64,000 bases of DNA, taken from Lachnospiraceae bacterium (GTDB taxonomy: Bacteria; Bacillota; Clostridia; Lachnospirales; Lachnospiraceae). This document shows, one piece after another, positions 58,915 through 64,000 of the stretch (within the stretch, counting starts at the first letter, position 1; each line of letters starts with the position of its first letter). The notes under the pieces are model-generated. The model saw only the letters and a program-made list of their open reading frames with translations, made no database searches and was not told the DNA's origin. The translations under genes were made by a program, and so were the position numbers. The stretch lies in contig JAAUZW010000033.1 in the NCBI GenBank assembly GCA_014804385.1, positions 8,879 through 72,878 of the forward strand, read 5' to 3'.

Positions 58915-60828
58915 TTACACTTTTAACTTATACGGTGGTATCCTCTCTTCAGAAATAACAGCCTTTTTCTCTAAAATAGATTCACATATGTAATCCCACA
59001 CCTGATTGTTACCCGCTAATAGATCTTCTGGTCCTCTCATTATCATTTTAGCCCCTGCTTCATAAGTAAATTTATAGAAAGGATTTGGAAGCATATATAC
59101 AAAATAATATAACAGAAAAAATTTCTCAGCTTCATTTTTCATCTTTTTCTTTTGTTCGCTATTTAATGTTATTTTCGTCAACATGTTCAGTGTCTCCTTG
59201 TATTCTTTCACATTAGACACATCGTATGAAAACCCTTTTCCTCTATAAGGTGCGTCTGCAACTACAATAGTCGGTATACTGTTGCAACACATCTCCAAAC
59301 CCACCGTACTTGTATAAACAAGTCCCAAATCCGTATTGTCAAATAAATCATATATGCTTAACGGCGCATCCCCATCAATTAATATAATATTGGATGGTAA
59401 CTTATCATTATATTCCCTTAATACTATTGAACATATTCTTTCCCGCGCCTCAGGAAGGTTTTTATTAATCTCTGCCGGATGTGTCCTTATTATCAGTTGC
59501 CACTCACTATTGTTTGCAAACCAATCTATGGTAAACAATACCCAATCAACAATATTATCAAATACAATATCCCTATCCAATGCTGACGCATCCCATGTGA
59601 TGTTTGTTGCCATTAGAGCTGTCTTTTTCTCTTTATCAAATATGCCGTGTATGGAGTCATCACGTATTTGCTTTACAGATTGGAAAGGATCCGCTGTATT
59701 TATTAACATATCCCCCCCCTTTCTTCGATTCGATATATAATCTGCAATAAATTTACTTTCTTCATCATTTAGTTCAAACTTTGAAAATCCCCGCCATGCA
59801 GAACCCAGGTTTTCCATACTAAGGGTCGATGCATTCATTGCATAGGTATAAGTACCTTTTCTAAAACCATATGCATTATAAAACGGGATATCTTCTCTTT
59901 TAGCTATCTCTTCTAAAATAGAATAGGGATAATAAAAACTATCATTCGAATAAATGATATCAGGTTTTATATCCTCCACTACTGCCATAGAGGCAATGCA
60001 CATAATTACTACATTAAATGCCAAGTCCCGTATTTGCTTTTCCTCAACTTGTGTCCAAACAGTTTTATATGAAATCAAGTAATTATTATAATGTGTTCTC
60101 AAACACCATTTCCCTATTGGAAAGCCATTATATGTCCAGTCTTGTATTGAATTAATATCCAGTCCTTTTACAAAGTCTTTTGCAAAATTTCTTTCTTTTA
60201 CAGTAATATAATCATTAGCATATGTAACGGTGTAATTTCCCCAATCTTCCCAAACTCTCTCATCATACGCTCTACACTTTTTACAATTACCTTTATGAAT
60301 GATTTTTTTCTCATCTCTGTCATCGGCATTATTTCCCCACATGCCACCATAAACAGAACATTCTAACTCCTGTGCACCTCCACAAGCCACCGGAACAACC
60401 TCAGCGCCTCGAAGCCTTAACGATTCCGCCAATAAATAGTCATGTAATCTACAATTCTCATATATTAAGAAGCAATAACCAAATAATATTTTAGGTTCTT
60501 TACACTTCTCTAATTTATATCCTCCTATTTCACGCATAAGAATTTCTTTATTTATAGATCTCACATCTCGTATACTTAGTATCTTTTTCTTTGAAATACT
60601 ATATTTCTCCGTTAATTGCGCATACACATCATCATAATACCGAATTGTTGCCACAATAATAAAATCATATTGACAATGATTTAGAATATCCGGATTTTCA
60701 ACTTTAATCCCATCAAATACTTTACCCTGTTTTTGTGGATCTGAATCAACTAGTCTGTAGTCAAATATCTTAAGATGTTTCCGATTCTTTATGTAATCAT
60801 CCCCAGTTCCCCAAACGATCAGATTCAT
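58915..60828 (-). CDS. N-terminal Rossmann-like module fused to a GT-B-like capsule-synthesis domain (KpsC/KpsS-like)
   Basis: I prefer the ATG at 60828 after AGGAGGG. The module is MNLIVWGTGDDYIKNRKHL...RLVDSD...YDFIIVAT...KILSIRDV. The C-terminal part LIIRTHPAE...YTSTVGLEMCCNSIPTIVVADAPYRGKGFSYDV resembles Capsule_synth-type transferases (from memory). Confidence 0.5.
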   Translation of the reverse strand: MNLIVWGTGDDYIKNRKHLKIFDYRLVDSDPQKQGKVFDGIKVENPDILNHCQYDFIIVATIRYYDDVYAQLTEKYSISKKKILSIRDVRSINKEILMREIGGYKLEKCKEPKILFGYCFLIYENCRLHDYLLAESLRLRGAEVVPVACGGAQELECSVYGGMWGNNADDRDEKKIIHKGNCKKCRAYDERVWEDWGNYTVTYANDYITVKERNFAKDFVKGLDINSIQDWTYNGFPIGKWCLRTHYNNYLISYKTVWTQVEEKQIRDLAFNVVIMCIASMAVVEDIKPDIIYSNDSFYYPYSILEEIAKREDIPFYNAYGFRKGTYTYAMNASTLSMENLGSAWRGFSKFELNDEESKFIADYISNRRKGGDMLINTADPFQSVKQIRDDSIHGIFDKEKKTALMATNITWDASALDRDIVFDNIVDWVLFTIDWFANNSEWQLIIRTHPAEINKNLPEARERICSIVLREYNDKLPSNIILIDGDAPLSIYDLFDNTDLGLVYTSTVGLEMCCNSIPTIVVADAPYRGKGFSYDVSNVKEYKETLNMLTKITLNSEQKKKMKNEAEKFFLLYYFVYMLPNPFYKFTYEAGAKMIMRGPEDLLAGNNQVWDYICESILEKKAVISEERIPPYKLKV

Positions 60829-60928
60829 TTCTTCCCTCCTATAATAAACCTTGTAAAATAAAATCACCTTATTTTGTCCATTCAAAGTTTCGCTGTGTTA
60901 CACAGTTATTCTTATTTTTCTTTCCAAA

Positions 60929-62140
60929 TTATAGCATTTCCTTAAAAATTTTTGTTCCAATATCCTCTGCATTGTTATTTTCCCTTTCTACAAGAAAATT
61001 ATCACCCGCGATTCCTAAAGAATTCTTATTATTTCTTCTATGTAAAAACGCATCAGTTCTGTCCTGATATCGCATTGCCTCCATTAATATATTTACATCA
61101 GCAATAGCTTGTTCTGAATAATCTGTTGTGTCCTCAATTGCATCCAGCCATTTTACCGCATCACCTCCAACTATCTTATACAAAATCCGATTACCACGAC
61201 ACAAGAAACAATATCCGTCCTTTTTCTTCTTAATAAAATCAATTGCATGGTATTCATAATTCGTATATCTCTTTTCTAACGCACAATATTGTACTATTTC
61301 AAATTTTTCCTTATAATGACTACAGGCAATTTTCAAAGCTTCGCTAGATTGGCTAAAAAACAACCATAGATACCCATTATCAAAAACACTGTGATAAAAG
61401 CTCCCCTTAACTCCATACACTGCACAAATATCAATCTGATCCACTATTGTTCCATCCAAATTTAATATTATTACTTTTTTCTCCGTAGTACTCCATAGAT
61501 ATTTTCCATCATAACATAACGTATTAATCCTTTCATTAATGCTTAATACTTCCATAAACATATACGTATTTTTACTTAAGCAATACTGAAACCAACCATT
61601 ATATTGTGCGGACGGAATATAAACCATATCATTTATTTGAACCATATCAAAATGAAATAATAAGTTTGATCGCTTCTCCCACCTATTTATAAATTCTCCG
61701 TACCACTCATCATGGACTATTATTTTTTTGTTATTGATATCATATTCAATAATATATGTAGCATAACCGGGGAATGCAAAAATACTGTTATTATACAAGA
61801 CCGAATTCAAAAATTTGCATTCTATACCGCCCTCAGCTTTCGGTACTGGTAATGGTACGGATTCAAATGATTCATTTTCCAAATTAAAAATACCAATGGA
61901 ATAAGCTGATAATGGAACAAATATAAGTTGGTTCTCAAATCTAAAAGCACTCCCATACAGCTGTTTCTCTAAAAAAAATTCATCTTTAAATTCACCCAAA
62001 CGTTGTAATCCATTGCCTTTTAGAGAGTATTTATATAAACCGTTAAAATTGCCGGCCGAAAAAAATATACTGTCCCCATCATTATAAAAATCATTAAACC
62101 AAAGCATTTTCCCATCTGGATAATTTTCGTAAATTTTCAT
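60929..62140 (-). CDS. Hypothetical protein (repetitive beta-strand-rich pattern, possibly propeller-like)
   Basis: 403-aa intact ORF tightly packed in the operon. Aromatic-rich short repeats recur (…IFFSAGNFNGLYKY…, …LIFVPLSAYSIGIF…, …MVYIPSAQYNGWFQY…). I recognise no catalytic motif. Confidence 0.5.
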   Translation of the reverse strand: MKIYENYPDGKMLWFNDFYNDGDSIFFSAGNFNGLYKYSLKGNGLQRLGEFKDEFFLEKQLYGSAFRFENQLIFVPLSAYSIGIFNLENESFESVPLPVPKAEGGIECKFLNSVLYNNSIFAFPGYATYIIEYDINNKKIIVHDEWYGEFINRWEKRSNLLFHFDMVQINDMVYIPSAQYNGWFQYCLSKNTYMFMEVLSINERINTLCYDGKYLWSTTEKKVIILNLDGTIVDQIDICAVYGVKGSFYHSVFDNGYLWLFFSQSSEALKIACSHYKEKFEIVQYCALEKRYTNYEYHAIDFIKKKKDGYCFLCRGNRILYKIVGGDAVKWLDAIEDTTDYSEQAIADVNILMEAMRYQDRTDAFLHRRNNKNSLGIAGDNFLVERENNNAEDIGTKIFKEML

Positions 62141-62203
62141 TTTCGCCTCGCTTATCTTTCCTTATAACGTTCTAGTATATTAATCCCTTACAATATTCAT
62201 ATT

Positions 62204-63238
62204 TTACCTCGGCAAAATATCAGTGGAGTCCTTTTCTGTAATACCTACGCTGCATTTTCCCAATAACTTTTCTAAATCCTTTTGCTCATAGGCACTCATC
62301 TGATTTGTTACTTTATACCCCAGATTTTTTTCTGTCAGGATTTCATTTGGAACAATATCCTTTATTGCCACAACTTTCTTTTCTCTTTTCCGATACTCCG
62401 TCTCCGCTGATGCCAGCTCCCAAACAGAATCATTTCCCTGAATATCCGCCACAGTCTTTAGTGCCCTTTTGATTTCCAATAAATGTCCCGCTTCTTTAGC
62501 GGCCTGATAATCTGTTCTCTCTTTTCCTTCTTCCAAAACAATATGCTTTTCAAAAAAGCGGCTGCCGTTCAGATATGCAAACTGAAACAGCGGGATATCG
62601 TCCTCCTTATAAGAAGTGTGATCCGCGTATCCCACTTCCAGCCCAAAAAGAGCTCTGTACTTTGCTATCCTGCCCAGTTTTGCATTCTCTTTCTTCGTTG
62701 GGAACGACTGAAAACCGTGCATCAATAAAATTCGCTTTTCGGAATACGCACGAGGAAGCTTCTGCAACGCATATTCTATATCTGCAAGCGTCCTTCCTCC
62801 GATTCCCAAAATAATCACCTTATCCAGCTTATCCATCTGTCTAAGCATCATATAGTGATTAAAGTTAATGGAGTGCACTTCTATCATGTCATACAATTCC
62901 TGATGCGTCATACAGAACTCCATGGCGCACATATCCACAGGAAGAAGCACCACATCCAGCTTTTTTTCAAACTTAATATATTTAAGCAGCTTTATCCACT
63001 GCTCCTTTTCAAAATACCAGTTAAAACACTCAGACTGTGCTATAACTTCAGGAACATAAGACTCTTCCGGATTCAGCATAAGCTGGAACTTAATCGCATT
63101 ACTCCCTGCCTTTTTAGCCCGTTCAGCCAACTGATACAAATAGGCAATGTCTCCTTCATGTGAAAAAGCAGTTTCAGCATAAATATATATTTCATCGACA
63201 CACAGTTTTCTAACGCCGTTTGTTTCTTTCACTGTCAT
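62204..63238 (-). CDS. NeuB-family (sialic/ulosonic acid synthase-like) enzyme with C-terminal SAF domain
   Basis: 344 aa. Its layout parallels NeuB/SpsE: YAETAFSHEGD...AGSNAIKFQ, LMHGFQSFP, VGYADHT, FEKHIVL, and a C-terminal antifreeze-like/SAF segment VVAIKDIVPNEILTEKNLGYK. The N-terminal signature diverges from the usual IAEIGxNHNG. Confidence 0.65.
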   Translation of the reverse strand: MTVKETNGVRKLCVDEIYIYAETAFSHEGDIAYLYQLAERAKKAGSNAIKFQLMLNPEESYVPEVIAQSECFNWYFEKEQWIKLLKYIKFEKKLDVVLLPVDMCAMEFCMTHQELYDMIEVHSINFNHYMMLRQMDKLDKVIILGIGGRTLADIEYALQKLPRAYSEKRILLMHGFQSFPTKKENAKLGRIAKYRALFGLEVGYADHTSYKEDDIPLFQFAYLNGSRFFEKHIVLEEGKERTDYQAAKEAGHLLEIKRALKTVADIQGNDSVWELASAETEYRKREKKVVAIKDIVPNEILTEKNLGYKVTNQMSAYEQKDLEKLLGKCSVGITEKDSTDILPR

Positions 63239-64000
63239 AGTAACCTTCTTCCATAGTTAACTGTATAGATTTTTTGATTCGCGACTCATACATTTCCCTG
63301 AATTCACCATAAGTAATACTTTCATCATTAGGAAGTTTAACAAGACCGTCTTTCTCCATATCATAATGGGGAATATCCGTTTTTTCACTTAATGTGACAA
63401 TATCCCCGAAATATATCTTTTTCTCGGAAATATGATCAAAAATAAATTGTGTTCTTTCCCAGTCCTGGGGCGTATCCACGGTCAATGTCTGATATGGAAG
63501 AATAAACTTTTCAGGCGGAAGAACCGTCAAACATTTATAGTCATCCGGATTAAACATATACACTGCAAGATACTCACTCTTATCCGGATCTATCTTGCTA
63601 TAACAATCTTTAACCGCCGAAACTTTCATGACTTCTCCGGTAACACCGATAGGAAGCATTTCAACCCTGGTATAATCTGCGCCCTTTTCCATATGCTCCT
63701 TTAATGCAAAGTCCAACATAATCGAATCCGTAAAAATGTTATCTCCGGTAACCCTGAGAAGATTATCCGCATTTTCCATTTCCGCTACATCTAACATTCT
63801 GTCAATAACGGAATCCCGGCTGCCTGCATATGCTTCAATTCCGTTTTCTCTTGCAATTTCCAAAAGAATTTTATCCTCTTCATCTATTGAAGTGCACAAA
63901 TATACTTTATCTGCATATTTTAATTCCTTCATAGAGTCAATAATATGCTCTATGGTCTTTTTCCCTCCTATATCCAAAACGGTCTTATGGGGAAGTCTTT
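63210..64000 (-). CDS. Cytidylyltransferase-family protein (CMP-sugar synthetase / SpsF-like), 5' end outside window
   Basis: The reading frame is open to the window edge (…RLPHKTVLDIGGKKTIEHIIDS…AYAGSRDSVIDRM…VTGDNIF). The track's start at 63977 is only a TTG inside the frame. It overlaps the NeuB-like gene by 29 nt. Confidence 0.65.
   Translation of the reverse strand, partial: RLPHKTVLDIGGKKTIEHIIDSMKELKYADKVYLCTSIDEEDKILLEIARENGIEAYAGSRDSVIDRMLDVAEMENADNLLRVTGDNIFTDSIMLDFALKEHMEKGADYTRVEMLPIGVTGEVMKVSAVKDCYSKIDPDKSEYLAVYMFNPDDYKCLTVLPPEKFILPYQTLTVDTPQDWERTQFIFDHISEKKIYFGDIVTLSEKTDIPHYDMEKDGLVKLPNDESITYGEFREMYESRIKKSIQLTMEEGYYDSERNKRR

Overview
This looks like a chromosomal window from a Firmicute, probably Clostridia and Lachnospiraceae-like. 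That placement is an inference from ptb-buk, the split purH/PurO-type purine genes and general gene style. Nearly all genes are on the minus strand, and most plus-strand ORFs in the track are antisense shadows.

The first 25.2 kb is housekeeping. It holds a MacB-type efflux set (permease fragment, HlyD adaptor, ATPase), an FMN-riboswitch-controlled RibU-like transporter, oppD/oppF ATPases without permeases behind tex, and three small plus-strand genes. It also holds prfB (programmed +1 frameshift), secA, a GH36 alpha-galactosidase translationally coupled to buk, ptb, an AICAR formyltransferase with a PurO-type IMP cyclohydrolase, guaB and a DUF4143 AAA ATPase. Several intergenic spacers carry copies of a miniature inverted-repeat, long-hairpin element.

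From 25.3 to 64 kb there is one roughly 39 kb co-directional glycan or glycoconjugate decoration locus. It has four nucleotide-activation branches:
- a CDP-pentitol branch (epimerase, IspD/TarI-like, MDR dehydrogenase);
- a phosphonate branch (a triple fusion of LicC-like NT, HxGH cytidylyltransferase and PEP mutase, plus phosphonopyruvate decarboxylase and an Fe-ADH);
- a LicC-like/PLP enzyme split by an in-frame TAG, next to an ornithine-cyclodeaminase-family gene;
- a NeuB-like synthase with a cytidylyltransferase.

The transfer enzymes are two LicD domains, a soluble LtaS-type sulfatase-fold protein, four GT2 domains, one GT-B, one Caps_synth-like, one WbsX/GH99-like and one KpsC/S-like protein. 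Methyltransferases, a radical SAM enzyme, a DegT aminotransferase, a cupin and a UXS-type decarboxylase complete the locus.

The most unusual signal is a roughly 90-aa Rossmann-like module (h-h-h-YGxGxxG, then [VIC]D-x-[ND], then DxVVV) that occurs 13 times in 10 proteins of this locus. It is fused to either end of unrelated catalytic domains and also makes up two proteins that are essentially the module alone. I saw no polytopic membrane protein (flippase, polymerase, priming transferase) anywhere in the 39 kb. The locus also contains a duplication and decay mosaic with an inserted DinJ/YafQ module.

All family calls come from reading motifs by eye. No database search was run.
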